A DNA stretch of 64,000 nucleotides from Candidatus Bathyarchaeota archaeon (GCA_963717465.1 OY970340.1:1216001-1280000); one strand, 5' to 3'. Counted from the stretch's first letter, positions 28,030-38,523 are shown. Notes: a model not told the origin generated them from the sequence alone. Made by a program: numbers and translations.

Positions 28030-29953
28030 AAGTCTCTAAATTCGCCGGAGCAACCGTGCTAATACCAGCTTTAATATCCAGAAAATTAGCGAAGTTAATT
28101 GTTTTCTGTTTTTCACCGTGGCAAACAAATATCCGCTCAGGCTTAGGAGTTAGATGAGTTAAGTAATTAATCAGTTGTCTTCTGTCAGAGTGACCTGAAA
28201 AGCCTTCAATTGAATCAACCTGCAGCTTAACTTGTAGAGCCACCATTTTGCCCTCATTATCCATCATGGTTACTTCATTAACGCCTTTCTGAACCCTTTT
28301 ACCCATTGTGCCTTCAATCTGGTAGCTGACAAAGATGATGGTGTTCTTTTCATCATTGGCCCAATTCTTAAAATACTCAATTACTGGTCCACCTTCAAGC
28401 ATTCCTGAAGTCGCAAGGACAATGCATGGTTCCCCATCCATAATGCTTTGTCTCACACTCGGATGCTCGACAATAGTAAAGTAATCCGATTGGAACGGGT
28501 TTATTTCTTCATGCAAAATGCTGTGACGAACTTCGCGTCCCAAGTATTCAGGGTACGCGGTGTGAATCGCAGTAGCTTCACTAATCATGCCTTCAATGAA
28601 AACAGGTGCTTCCTTTAGCAAGCCTCGTTTCATGTATCCGTCAATTATAAGCATTATTTCTTGTGCTCTTCCAACAGCTGGAACAGGAATGAGCACTTTC
28701 CCCCTTCGCTCCAAAGTCTGATTAACAACCTTCACTAAGCCTTCTTCAGCTTCAACTCTTGTCGGCATAATATCATCAACTCCACCGTAGGTGCTCTCAG
28801 TTATTACCGTCTCGATGCGGGGAAACTCAGTGGTGGCTGCTTCTAAAAGCATAGTTCGCGCAAACTTGTAATCGCTCGTATAAACAATGTTATGCAATCC
28901 TTCGCCTATGTGTAAATGTACCATTGCTGAACCAAGAATATGCCCTGAATTATGAAGAGTTAAGCGAATATCCGGTGCAATGTCGGTGACAACCCCGAAC
29001 CGCAAGGGAATTGTATGCAAAACGCATTCACGGACATCTTTTTGATCATAGTGAGGTGTAATGCCCTGTTTGCTTGCCACATCCAAATAGTCTAATTGAA
29101 GCATAGTCATTAGATTAGAAGTTGGCGCTGAACAGTAAATTGGGCCATCATAACCATACTTGTACAAAAACGGTGCCAAGCCACAGTGATCAAGATGTGC
29201 ATGGCTGATAACTACTGCATCCAAGGAATCAATCTGGAACTCTGGCGAATCAAACCTTGGGAATGCCTCAAAAGGCTTCTGTGATCCAGGATTTATTCCG
29301 CAATCCAAAAGAACGCTGCTTTCACGAGTCTTAACAAGAAATGCGGAACGACCGACTTCTTGTGCTCCGCCAAGTACTGTTATCGTTACGTTGCCTACAT
29401 CAAAGGTTTTTTGCCTGAAAATTCTTTCGCCAACTGTTCGAAGTATTCTTTCTCGTTCTTTACTTTCCGAATGAAGATAATGACGCATATGAGTGACGAT
29501 TTTTGATTTAATCGGTGGGCTTCTTAAGACGTGAGGACGCCACTTGGTTTTCTTGATAATTTCCTGCAAAACAGCGCCGTTTCTTCCGATAACCAGACCT
29601 GGCTTTTTTGTTTCAATTATTATCTCGCCAAGACTCGGGTCAAAATTAATATCTGTTATTTCCGCTTCCTGGGGAATTAGTTCTCTTGCGATTTTTTCTG
29701 CTTCTACTTCTGGAAGTCGAACCGAGGGGTCAGGGCGAATTACAATTCTTTTTCTAATAACACTGACGATTTCAGCTACAATACTGCTTTGCTCGACCAG
29801 AACTTCAGGTTTTTTTGTGTAAACGCTGAGCATCGGTCCTTCGTATTCTATTCGGGTAACTTCTGCTTCTCTTGGAACGTGCTGAAGAATATATTGGCTA
29901 ATTTCAACTTGGTCTTTTTCTTTTTCTTGGGTTCGAGCCACGATTTGAAACAT
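28016..29953 (-). CDS. fttA: Beta-CASP ribonuclease aCPSF1/FttA
   Basis: KH domains, SHAHLDH, GHILGSA, ESTYGG, FSGHSD. Confidence 0.95.
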   Translation of the reverse strand: MFQIVARTQEKEKDQVEISQYILQHVPREAEVTRIEYEGPMLSVYTKKPEVLVEQSSIVAEIVSVIRKRIVIRPDPSVRLPEVEAEKIARELIPQEAEITDINFDPSLGEIIIETKKPGLVIGRNGAVLQEIIKKTKWRPHVLRSPPIKSKIVTHMRHYLHSESKERERILRTVGERIFRQKTFDVGNVTITVLGGAQEVGRSAFLVKTRESSVLLDCGINPGSQKPFEAFPRFDSPEFQIDSLDAVVISHAHLDHCGLAPFLYKYGYDGPIYCSAPTSNLMTMLQLDYLDVASKQGITPHYDQKDVRECVLHTIPLRFGVVTDIAPDIRLTLHNSGHILGSAMVHLHIGEGLHNIVYTSDYKFARTMLLEAATTEFPRIETVITESTYGGVDDIMPTRVEAEEGLVKVVNQTLERRGKVLIPVPAVGRAQEIMLIIDGYMKRGLLKEAPVFIEGMISEATAIHTAYPEYLGREVRHSILHEEINPFQSDYFTIVEHPSVRQSIMDGEPCIVLATSGMLEGGPVIEYFKNWANDEKNTIIFVSYQIEGTMGKRVQKGVNEVTMMDNEGKMVALQVKLQVDSIEGFSGHSDRRQLINYLTHLTPKPERIFVCHGEKQKTINFANFLDIKAGISTVAPANLETFRLL

Positions 29954-29954
29954 C

Positions 29955-30590
29955 CTAGCTAAGAAGCTTGCTTTTTTCTTCTTCCGTTAATTCTCTGTAA
30001 CCATTCTTGTCAATTACAGTTATGTTGTAGCTGTTGCCGCTTGCAACGTCACGTTTCATCGCTGCGTTAACGGCCTTTACAATAGTAGGTAACAGTTCCT
30101 TAATCGTCATTCCTTCACGATACTTATCCTCTAATATGCCATAAGCAATAGGTGAACCTGAACCGGTTGAAACAGATTTTTCCTCCATTAAGCTTCCATA
30201 TGGATCTAAATTATACACGTGAGGACCAGTATCGTCAACGCCACCAACCAAAACTTGAGTTGACAACGGCAAATACCTGTTTTGGAACAACAAATTGGCT
30301 ACAAGTCTTGCTGCGGAGCTAACTGGCATTGGTCTGTTTAAATTTATTTTGTAAAGCTTCGCGTTGGCAATAAGTATGTCAACAACTTTTTGTGCATCCG
30401 CAACTGTTCCCGCGATTGTCATGCCCAAATGATCATCAATCTGATAGACTTTTTTTCCGAATTTATGCGCAACATAGTAACCCATAGTAACGCGAGTGTC
30501 CGAAGCTAAAATCACTCCGTCCTTGCAGACGACGCCTATTGTTGTAGTACCTTTCAAGACCAATTGGCTAGTTGCATTATTCTGTGACAT
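29955..30590 (-). CDS. psmB: Proteasome subunit beta
   Basis: Propeptide then G-TTTIG; TGSGS; AMKRD. Confidence 0.95.
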   Translation of the reverse strand: MSQNNATSQLVLKGTTTIGVVCKDGVILASDTRVTMGYYVAHKFGKKVYQIDDHLGMTIAGTVADAQKVVDILIANAKLYKINLNRPMPVSSAARLVANLLFQNRYLPLSTQVLVGGVDDTGPHVYNLDPYGSLMEEKSVSTGSGSPIAYGILEDKYREGMTIKELLPTIVKAVNAAMKRDVASGNSYNITVIDKNGYRELTEEEKSKLLS

Positions 30591-30697
30591 AGTTTTTGTT
30601 CTCCCTAAAACCAATTCAGGATGAATATCATCCACTATAGGAAGTAATTAACAAACATGTATTCGATACTGTGAACTTAATTAATATTACGGTTCAC

Positions 30698-30721
30698 GGT
30701 TCTGTGAAGTTAGCGTTTGGT
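30698..30721 (+). repeat. Left terminal inverted repeat
   Basis: GGTTCTGTGAAGTTAGCGTTTGGT. Confidence 0.92.
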
Positions 30722-31497
30722 CATTTTTGCTGTGAAAATTCGTTTGGTGAAGCTTTAGATACGTTAAAATGTCTAAGTTCTTCAAATTTCCAGTTCATTA
30801 TGTCAAATAGTAAGTCGTCAAAAGGTCTAACGTTTTTGCAGTATTCAGCATGTGGCTTTCTTTCGTAGTCATCGAAAATTCTTGATTCTATTCCTCGGTA
30901 ACCTTGAGCCTCAGCTCTCTCAAAAACATGATAAAACGTGTCTATGTCAGTAACTATCCCATTATTCACTTGATCGTACTTCTTTATTATGTAGATTCTA
31001 TCCAAGAAGCACTCAAGCAGTTTTCGAGGTTTATTTCCAGTTTCGCATGTTTTAAGCTCTGACTGATTTTTTTGTCCATATCTATCCGCATCTTCGGTAA
31101 CAAGGACGTACTTGATTTTTTGAGGACGTACTAATTGTGCCCAAAAAAGGGCTTCTGTTTCTCTTGCATGAAACGAAACTTTACAGCTAACAATACAAAG
31201 AGGATGCCAAGCTTTGACTACATGGTTTACCTTATCCTCTTCTTTGTAAACAACAACAATATCCGTATCAGGTAATGTCAGAGATTGGTCTTGGGAACAT
31301 GAATTTTTAATTTCTACTTTGAGATAGTTCAATAGTTTCCTGTGAACACCATCCGTCTTTGCCCATCGTGAAATTTGCGAAACTGAGAAAGCTTCAATAT
31401 CTTTTTTGCTAAGTATTTGATTAAGAATTTTTCTAACATTGACTTCTAATTTTGACCCAGTTTCTTGTACACGTCTTTGCCTTTCTGATTCTACCAT
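30721..31497 (-). CDS. Putative type II restriction endonuclease (PD..SCK-type active site)
   Basis: LPDTDIVV..IVSCKVSFHARETE resembles BsaWI/Ecl18kI-like catalytic motifs; 3 nt downstream of the MTase. Confidence 0.7.
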   Translation of the reverse strand: MVESERQRRVQETGSKLEVNVRKILNQILSKKDIEAFSVSQISRWAKTDGVHRKLLNYLKVEIKNSCSQDQSLTLPDTDIVVVYKEEDKVNHVVKAWHPLCIVSCKVSFHARETEALFWAQLVRPQKIKYVLVTEDADRYGQKNQSELKTCETGNKPRKLLECFLDRIYIIKKYDQVNNGIVTDIDTFYHVFERAEAQGYRGIESRIFDDYERKPHAEYCKNVRPFDDLLFDIMNWKFEELRHFNVSKASPNEFSQQK

Positions 31498-31500
31498 AAA

Positions 31501-32382
31501 TCATGCTTCCAATACTAATATTTCAGGTTGAATTCTTTTACATACTGTATCAACGGAAAGACTCATTTGGGGTTTACAGAAATTTTCCAATCTTTTAAGA
31601 GCTATTTCGCAATATTCTTTGCAAATATCTATGTGCACAAATTGTCGGTCATTCTTCATGGCAACGTAAGCTACTGTACCTGTGCCCCCGAACATGTCCA
31701 ACAATATGTCACCCTTGTATGTATAAAATTTTGCCAACCTGTAAATTAGTTCTTCTGGAAATGGGGCCGGATGACCGTTTCTAACTCTTTCCGCTGATAT
31801 GTGCCAAAATCCTTCATTATCAGGTTGAATCTGCCAAAAGCCATCAGAGTATTTTTCAAACTCTTCTGGTCTAATATCAGCTTGAGCTTTCTCTTCTATA
31901 TCGCCTTTTTTGCGTTTTGCATCAAGACGCCATTCATTCTTTGAAAAAACCATTACATATTCCCAAGATGGAATTATATGTGGGTTTGATGGACTTTGCC
32001 AACTTCCCCAAGCGGTTCTTTTAGCGGTCATGCTCTGTTTATACCAGATAATTTCTGTTCGCATTATCATACCGATATCTCTAACAATTCTGGAAATGTC
32101 ATGGTGTACTGGTCTGAAATTCTTTATACTGGTTGGTGCGATATTGATAGCAAGTCTGCCACCTTCCATGAGTACCCGGTTAGTTTCTGCAAAAATGTCT
32201 TTTAGCCATTTTAGGTATTGGTCATATTCTAAGTCGTCGTTATATGTTGCGTAGTTTATGCCTAAATTATATGGTGGCGAGGTTATCGCCATGTGAATAC
32301 TATTTGAGGGTATTTTCTTAAGGACTGCAAGAGCGTCTCCACAAATTATCTTATTTAGAAAGCTCTCTAGGCTTAGTTCCAC
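31501..32382 (-). CDS. Site-specific DNA methyltransferase, beta class (N4-C/N6-A)
   Basis: TSPPY before HPAPFP and DMFGGTGT. Confidence 0.93.
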   Translation of the reverse strand: MELSLESFLNKIICGDALAVLKKIPSNSIHMAITSPPYNLGINYATYNDDLEYDQYLKWLKDIFAETNRVLMEGGRLAINIAPTSIKNFRPVHHDISRIVRDIGMIMRTEIIWYKQSMTAKRTAWGSWQSPSNPHIIPSWEYVMVFSKNEWRLDAKRKKGDIEEKAQADIRPEEFEKYSDGFWQIQPDNEGFWHISAERVRNGHPAPFPEELIYRLAKFYTYKGDILLDMFGGTGTVAYVAMKNDRQFVHIDICKEYCEIALKRLENFCKPQMSLSVDTVCKRIQPEILVLEA

Positions 32383-32399
32383 TCTACAAGACGCTCTCC

Positions 32400-32627
32400 T
32401 TATGTGCTATTTATCGTCTGTTCTGCCTTATCAATACCTATGTTTCCCTTGGAAGGCTCTTTAATTGGTCTAACGACTAGAATTATGTTATTGTCTTTAG
32501 CTTCAAAGTCCCATTCAAGCCAATCACCAGCTTTAAGTTTGTAGTGTTTAAGGATACTCATAGGTACAGTGGTTCTTAGAGATTCTTTACCCGGTGTAGC
32601 AATTGAGAGTTTACTTTTTTCACCCAT
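32400..32627 (-). CDS. AbrB/MazE/SpoVT-type DNA-binding protein
   Basis: SLRTTVPMSI..KLKAGDWLEW. Confidence 0.8.
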   Translation of the reverse strand: MGEKSKLSIATPGKESLRTTVPMSILKHYKLKAGDWLEWDFEAKDNNIILVVRPIKEPSKGNIGIDKAEQTINST

Positions 32628-32766
32628 AATATTTACCTTCTTTAGGGTAATAAAGTTGGTGCGTAGTATATAAGTTTACCCGCTAAGAGATAAACTAAAA
32701 TACCCTAAAGTTTATAAAGTGGCACACTATGTGGTAATGTTTAGGGTAAACAAGAGGGTAAACGAT

Positions 32767-33897
32767 ATGATGAGCATTGAAACACTTGAGAAAGTTCGTG
32801 AAGAAAGAGGTCTAGAGATAGCCCATAAGAAAGGAAATCAAGTTAATCGTATAGATGATTGCTTATACACTGTAAAATCTCAATCTGGAAGCGGTGAGTA
32901 TGCTGTTTGTCAGGTTAACGGCGAGTTAGTTTGTGAATGCCCAGATTTTCAGTTTCGCCATGTAAAATGCAAACACATCTTTGCAGTTGAATTTTCCAAG
33001 TCACTAAGAGAAGCAACTAAACGGATTGCTCCAATAGAGAATCTTGGTGAATGTGTCTATTGTCAATCTTCTAATTTAATGAAGTATGGCGTTCGCAAAA
33101 ATAAAAGTGGAAATCTTCAAGTGTTCTATTGTCGAAATTGCCAAAAATACTTCACCGTTAATATCGGTTTTGAACGAATGAAGCATAACCCTCAAGCGAT
33201 AACCTCAGCTATGCAATTGTACTTTAGCGGTGAAAGCTTAAGAAATACTCAGAATTCGCTTAAGCTGTTGGGCGTTGAGGTTTCTTATCGAACAATTTTA
33301 AACTGGATTAAGAAGTATGTTGGTTTAATGAAGAATTATGTTGAAACTATCACTCCAAACGTTAGCGATACTTGGAGAGCCGATGAAATATACATCAAGG
33401 TAAAGGGCGATATGAAGTACCTTTTCGCTATGATGGATGATGAAACAAGATTCTGGATAGCTCAAGAAGTAGCAGAAACTAAGTATAGCCATGATGCAAG
33501 AAAGCTTTTGCAGATGTCTAAACAATTAATGGGCAAAAAACCAGTGACCTTCATAACTGATGGCTTGCCATCTTATCATGACGCATACAAGAAAGAGTTT
33601 TGGACACAGTTGAAAGAGACAAGAACCGAACACATTAACGCAATCAAACTTAGCGGTGATATGCACAATAACAAAATGGAAAGAATGAACGGAGAAATCC
33701 GAGATAGAGAAAAGACCATGAGAGGACTAAAAACAACCGACACAGCAATCTTGACAGGTTACCAATTATTCCATAACTTCATTAGACCACATGAAGCATT
33801 AAACGGTAAAACTCCGAGTGAAGCTTGCGGGATAACTATTGAGGGTGAGAATAAATGGAAAACTTTGATAGAAAACGCAAGCAAAAAGACAAAATAG
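32767..33897 (+). CDS. IS6-family DDE transposase with N-terminal SWIM and Zn-ribbon domains
   Basis: CECPDF..CKH, CVYC..CRNC, WRADE, TDGLPSY, NNKMER, HNFIRPH. Confidence 0.9.
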   Translation: MMSIETLEKVREERGLEIAHKKGNQVNRIDDCLYTVKSQSGSGEYAVCQVNGELVCECPDFQFRHVKCKHIFAVEFSKSLREATKRIAPIENLGECVYCQSSNLMKYGVRKNKSGNLQVFYCRNCQKYFTVNIGFERMKHNPQAITSAMQLYFSGESLRNTQNSLKLLGVEVSYRTILNWIKKYVGLMKNYVETITPNVSDTWRADEIYIKVKGDMKYLFAMMDDETRFWIAQEVAETKYSHDARKLLQMSKQLMGKKPVTFITDGLPSYHDAYKKEFWTQLKETRTEHINAIKLSGDMHNNKMERMNGEIRDREKTMRGLKTTDTAILTGYQLFHNFIRPHEALNGKTPSEACGITIEGENKWKTLIENASKKTK

Positions 33898-33967
33898 ACT
33901 TTTTCAAGTTACATTGGCTACCGTAAGTGTTAAGAACTTGAAATATAAAAAAGCTGATGGGGTTTGA

Positions 33968-34255
33968 ATGAGTCAGCATAAATATTACCATTTTAGCATA
34001 ACAGTTAAAACTGATATTAAATCAGTTCTCTATTGTTTACGGGCATTAAGTATGTATGCTCAAAAAACAGGTTTAAAGATGATTCCTTGGGGTGGTCAGA
34101 CTGACAAAAAATGGGAAAAGAGCAATCATCAGGTCACGTTCTACTTTACAAGTGAAGAATATCGTAACTCGTTTGTTGTTGAAGCTCGGAAATTGCTGCC
34201 TGAGTCGTGGGAAATTATTGAAAAAAGAGATGATAATTCGCCCATACTACAATAG
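33968..34255 (+). CDS. Hypothetical passenger protein (95 aa)
   Basis: Intact ORF inside the transposon. Confidence 0.65.
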   Translation: MSQHKYYHFSITVKTDIKSVLYCLRALSMYAQKTGLKMIPWGGQTDKKWEKSNHQVTFYFTSEEYRNSFVVEARKLLPESWEIIEKRDDNSPILQ

Positions 34256-34302
34256 TTAACATGGACACAAAAACACCAAATGGTTTTTCACATGAACACC
34301 AA

Positions 34303-34326
34303 ACCAAACGCTAACTTCACAGAACC
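34303..34326 (-). repeat. Right terminal inverted repeat
   Basis: ACCAAACGCTAACTTCACAGAACC, exact reverse complement of the left IR. Confidence 0.92.
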
Positions 34327-34465
34327 CGGTTCACGGTTCTCTTAACAACTTTTTTCATAGTTAGTCATTCTCGTTAAATTCAAAAGAGTTTTAAGCTTTT
34401 ATTCACTGACTATTATAGCCTTTGAATTAAGTGGACTAATATAGCCTTTGAGTTAAGGGGTAAAT

Positions 34466-35524
34466 TTGACTTCAACTTACCATTACATGCAGCTTCCAAG
34501 GGAAGTGATTGTTGGGAAAGGAACAATTACACGGGTTCCCGAAGTTGTAAGACGGCTTGGACTTAGCGGGAAAGCCTTGATAATTGCAGGCGAAAAAAGC
34601 CATGAGCTAGCGGGGAAAAAGGTCTGCGAGTTTCTTGAAAAAGCAGGTATGAAATCTGATATTATAATTATTAAAGCTATAACGATGAAAGATGTTTTCG
34701 ACATAGAAGATGAGATTGAAAAGTTAAGGCCTCAAGTCATATTCGGTGTCGGTGGAGGAACAAAAATCGATGCAGCAAAAATTTGTTCTGAAAGCCAAGG
34801 TTTGCCTTTTATTAGTGTGCCGACGACTGTTTCTCATGATGGAATTGCAAGTCCCCTTGCTTCTATTAAGGGGTCAAATAAGCCGTACTCAATCTTAACT
34901 CAGGCACCTTTAGCGGTTATAGCGGATACTGATATTATTTCTCAAGCGCCTTGGCGTTCAGTTATTAGTGGTTGTGGAGACGTAATTGCCAAGTTTACTG
35001 CTGTTAAGGATTGGAAGTTGGCGCATGTAGATAACAGCGAGTACTATGGCGGGTACGCTGCTAGTTTAGCTCTGATGAGTGCAAAATTAGTCATTGAAAA
35101 CTCCAAGTTTTTTGTAGAAGGAAACGATGAGGGACTGCGTGTTCTTCTTGAAGCATTAATCAGCTGCGGAGTGGCAATGAGCATCGCGGGAAGCAGTCGT
35201 CCATGCAGTGGTTCAGAACACTTGTTCAGTCACGCCTTAGACATCGTTAACTCCCATCATGCGATGCATGGTGAACAATGCGGTGTCGGCTCAATTTTAA
35301 CTGCTTATCTCCACCATTCAAAGTGGCTAAAAATTAAGAGCACGCTCAAGAAGATTGGTGCTCCAACAACCGCTCAAGAACTAGGCATTAAAGATGAAGA
35401 ATTAATTAGGGCGTTGGAGGTTGCTGTGACAATTAGGCCCGAACGTTACACTATTCTCCATAAACTTAGTCTTAGTTTTGAGGAATGTGAGAAAGCAGCT
35501 AAAGAAACTGGAACAATAAATTAA
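34466..35524 (+). CDS. egsA: sn-glycerol-1-phosphate dehydrogenase
   Basis: GVGGG, VPTTVSHDGIASP, SRPCSGSEHLFSHALD, HGEQCG. Confidence 0.95.
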   Translation: MTSTYHYMQLPREVIVGKGTITRVPEVVRRLGLSGKALIIAGEKSHELAGKKVCEFLEKAGMKSDIIIIKAITMKDVFDIEDEIEKLRPQVIFGVGGGTKIDAAKICSESQGLPFISVPTTVSHDGIASPLASIKGSNKPYSILTQAPLAVIADTDIISQAPWRSVISGCGDVIAKFTAVKDWKLAHVDNSEYYGGYAASLALMSAKLVIENSKFFVEGNDEGLRVLLEALISCGVAMSIAGSSRPCSGSEHLFSHALDIVNSHHAMHGEQCGVGSILTAYLHHSKWLKIKSTLKKIGAPTTAQELGIKDEELIRALEVAVTIRPERYTILHKLSLSFEECEKAAKETGTIN

Positions 35525-35545
35525 AATTAATGGTTTGCTTGGCTT

Positions 35546-36313
35546 TTATGCGTTAGGTTGATTTTCTTTTGTTTCTTCCTGCTTGGTTTCTTGTTGTTTT
35601 GGTTCTTCTTTTGGTTCGATTTTTGGTACTTCAGTTTTGAAAGTTTCGATGAATTTTATTTCTGATATGACCATGATGTATTTTTGGATGTCCATTGCGA
35701 TGCCTCGTTTGGCGATTTGTATTCCTTCAATGTAATAGGTTTCTTCAGGCATGTCGACTGTTAATGTCTGCTCTTGCACTGAAAGTTTAAATTTGTTTTC
35801 TTCAACGCTGGGTATTCTGCGGTGGATGAGAGCCGCGATTTTATCGTTAATTGCTTCTAATTTTTTGGTTATTGTAACATCGTAAACAAGTGTTCTTCCA
35901 GCTAATGGTGGATTAAAGTCAAGAAGTACTCTTCCTGCACCGGTTGAGCGGACTACTGCCATTTTTCCGTTGTACTCAATTCTTGCTCCCACGACAGGGT
36001 TAATTTGCTTTTCAAGTAACTGTTTGATTGGTACGCGTCTAATTTTTTCCGGATCTCTTTGTCCGAAGGCTTTTTCTGCTGGAATTTCAACGGTTGATTG
36101 CTTTTCGATTTCCATTGTTAGTAAGCTTTCATCAAGGGTTTTAAGAACCCAGCCTTCACCTGTTATGACAAGTTTCGGCTCGTATATGTCGCCTTCTCTG
36201 TGAAGGTGTTCTTTTTTGGCGACTTCATCAATTGTTGTATCAAAAACCTCGTTTGTTTCTTTAACTTTACCAACATAATTGATAAACACAAAGTCTCCTT
36301 TCTGCAGGGCCAT
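35546..36313 (-). CDS. FKBP-type peptidyl-prolyl isomerase (long archaeal type)
   Basis: GDFVFINY..EVFDTT, KAFGQRD, DFNPPLAG. Confidence 0.93.
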   Translation of the reverse strand: MALQKGDFVFINYVGKVKETNEVFDTTIDEVAKKEHLHREGDIYEPKLVITGEGWVLKTLDESLLTMEIEKQSTVEIPAEKAFGQRDPEKIRRVPIKQLLEKQINPVVGARIEYNGKMAVVRSTGAGRVLLDFNPPLAGRTLVYDVTITKKLEAINDKIAALIHRRIPSVEENKFKLSVQEQTLTVDMPEETYYIEGIQIAKRGIAMDIQKYIMVISEIKFIETFKTEVPKIEPKEEPKQQETKQEETKENQPNA

Positions 36314-36425
36314 CTTGAATCTTCCTTTACATTAAGTTTTAACGGCGAATGTAAGTTTCATACGCTAATAAAAACTTTCTCTAGCCAAAAATGATAGGTG
36401 CTCACAACCATACGTAAAAAGGAAG

Positions 36426-36745
36426 TAGCGATGGACCACTGCGGTTCGACGCCTAGACTCCGCCTGAAACTTCAAGCCCTAGACTCTTACCCGTGCCCCC
36501 TTGAGCGCATAGCGTCCAAACTTAGGTTGCTCTCTCCCGAGCCTAGCCAGGTTCGCCTGGTGAACAATGAAACAACTCCCCTACGGAAGCTGCCCATAGA
36601 CCGCCAGCCCCAAAGGACGGATAGTCACTGGTTCGGAAATGAAGACTCAAGCGGCCTTTGACGCCTCATCCGCAGATGTCAGCCCGTCATATAGAGGGTT
36701 TACGGTATAATGGACCCCTACCCCACCGCCTAAGATCCATCGCCA
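36426..36745 (-). ncRNA. ffs: Archaeal signal recognition particle (7S) RNA
   Basis: Terminal helix GGCGATGGA/TCCATCGCT; Alu-like 5' domain; helix-8-like GCTAGGCTCGGGAGAGAGCAACC; ~320 nt; TATA-like box upstream. Confidence 0.88.
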
Positions 36746-37016
36746 TTATAATCATTTTTAGTCTTTGCTATAAAAGTTTAGTTTTATTAGGAAATTCAGC
36801 TTTTTTTTATGCCTTCTTCATCCGCCTTTTAAATAAAAATTTGTAACGTCATTTTCTATTGATGGTTTTTGCCTGCATTAATTCGAATTTTTTCATCAGA
36901 ATTGTTTGTTTTTTTGTTAATGCGTTTTCGTTAGCAATTAATTTTTTAATTAATGCTGACTTGTGTCCTTAAATACATGCTTAGATATGGTAAATAAAAA
37001 ATGGAAGGTAGCAGCA

Positions 37017-38519
37017 ATGGACTCAAAAAAAATTGCGGCTGCGTTGCTTATAGCAATTTTAGCGAGCATTATTGTTCCATGTGTATCGGCTTCTGATACT
37101 TTAACTAAAGATGATTTCAGTCAAACAAGTTTTTCAAAATCAATCGATTACTTTGACTATGTTCGCACATACCTTAACGATGTGGGCGTTACTGCGCCAA
37201 GCGGCTTTGACAATTGGCATGCGAACGTTTACATGAATTACGTTAACACAAGCGGCATTCAACTATTGTATGCTGGGCTTGAAAACATTTCTTCAATCAG
37301 CGATGTTTCATTAAATATTCCCATGCAGTCATTCATTTTGCATTACAAGACAGCCGATAATAGCGACGCATTTTTAAGTTCAACATTTTTAATGTTGATG
37401 GCTTTCAAAGAGGGGCCTAATACTAGTTATCCTGGTTCTCCCGACACAAATGATACTCTTTACGCCTCCTTTAGTTTTGGCGTTTCGGCCCTTACATCTG
37501 TATTGCCAATTTTAAACAGCCAAACAATCCTTACTCCTTTGACACATTCAAGCGACAATCTGCAATGGTCTTGGGGCATGACTTATACTAATTTGACAGC
37601 TTTGTGGTACACGATGTGGGCAGATCCGAATAATGCAACCTATAATAGCATTCCGGTAGCAGCGACTACCTATAACGAGTTAACATTCACCTATAACCTT
37701 ACCATTAACCCCACAACAGACACAGTAACATTGCAGGAAAATCATGTTATTGGTAGGATACGCGATTTAGTAGTTTTTGACTCTGATAGACTTAGTTACG
37801 TTCACTATAACAGCACAGGCGAATATGAGTTATTAGGCTTAGAAAAAATAAGCAACACAACGGTCTACGATTATCTGGATAGTAACAACATTAAAATGAG
37901 CATTTTAAACTATCAAACATCTACAGTAGTTGGTCACACAACATACTGTTCAACGCCGTCAGGCCAAGACGTGAACGGAACGACTGACACAGACGTTTCA
38001 GACTCATCAATCAATACTTATACTGATACGGGAGAGAAAATTTTCACCTCAGATTTCGGCTCAAAACAACAATACAAACTCTATAATTATACCGCCGATC
38101 CAACAGAAAGCACCTATAATACGTACGATTCAATTACGCGGATAGTTCCAATCGCTGGTTACGCTGCAGACACTGGTTTGTTCTCATACCAAATGGAGTT
38201 TGCAAGTTATTTGCCATTGACAATTTATCACATGTCTCCAGGATTGTACGATGATGTGAAAGATTCGGTGGCTAACATGAGTCGGGCTGATTACTTGTAT
38301 ATAATCAGTTATCCAACATACAGCGGATTCAAAATCGTTCATGACCCAACATTCACTGCATATGCAACAATAACTCAACCATCAACTCAAATCTCGACAG
38401 GCGCTGGATTGCTATTTTTAGTAATAATAGCGGTTATCTTAGTAGCGGTTATTGCATTGGCGGCAACTTCGTTGAAAAGACACAAACAGACAGAACAAAA
38501 ACAAAATACGAATTCATAA
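37017..38519 (+). CDS. Secreted, C-terminally membrane-anchored hypothetical protein
   Basis: Signal peptide, Thr/Ser/Tyr-rich body with many NxT/S sequons, HDP motif, C-terminal TM. Confidence 0.8.
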   Translation: MDSKKIAAALLIAILASIIVPCVSASDTLTKDDFSQTSFSKSIDYFDYVRTYLNDVGVTAPSGFDNWHANVYMNYVNTSGIQLLYAGLENISSISDVSLNIPMQSFILHYKTADNSDAFLSSTFLMLMAFKEGPNTSYPGSPDTNDTLYASFSFGVSALTSVLPILNSQTILTPLTHSSDNLQWSWGMTYTNLTALWYTMWADPNNATYNSIPVAATTYNELTFTYNLTINPTTDTVTLQENHVIGRIRDLVVFDSDRLSYVHYNSTGEYELLGLEKISNTTVYDYLDSNNIKMSILNYQTSTVVGHTTYCSTPSGQDVNGTTDTDVSDSSINTYTDTGEKIFTSDFGSKQQYKLYNYTADPTESTYNTYDSITRIVPIAGYAADTGLFSYQMEFASYLPLTIYHMSPGLYDDVKDSVANMSRADYLYIISYPTYSGFKIVHDPTFTAYATITQPSTQISTGAGLLFLVIIAVILVAVIALAATSLKRHKQTEQKQNTNS

Positions 38520-38523
38520 TTTC

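Larger units (their letters stand above)
30698..34326. mobile_element. IS6-family transposon with passenger genes (R-M system, AbrB regulator, hypothetical), 3629 bp
   Basis: Perfect 24-bp terminal IRs; 8-bp target duplication CGGTTCAC at 30690-30697 and 34327-34334; internal DDE transposase. Confidence 0.92.

Noticed and set aside
36398..36846. ORFs 36398-36661 and 36658-36846, or RNase P RNA
   Set aside because: The region is better explained by SRP RNA on the minus strand; the RNase P GAGGAAAGTCC signature was not seen.
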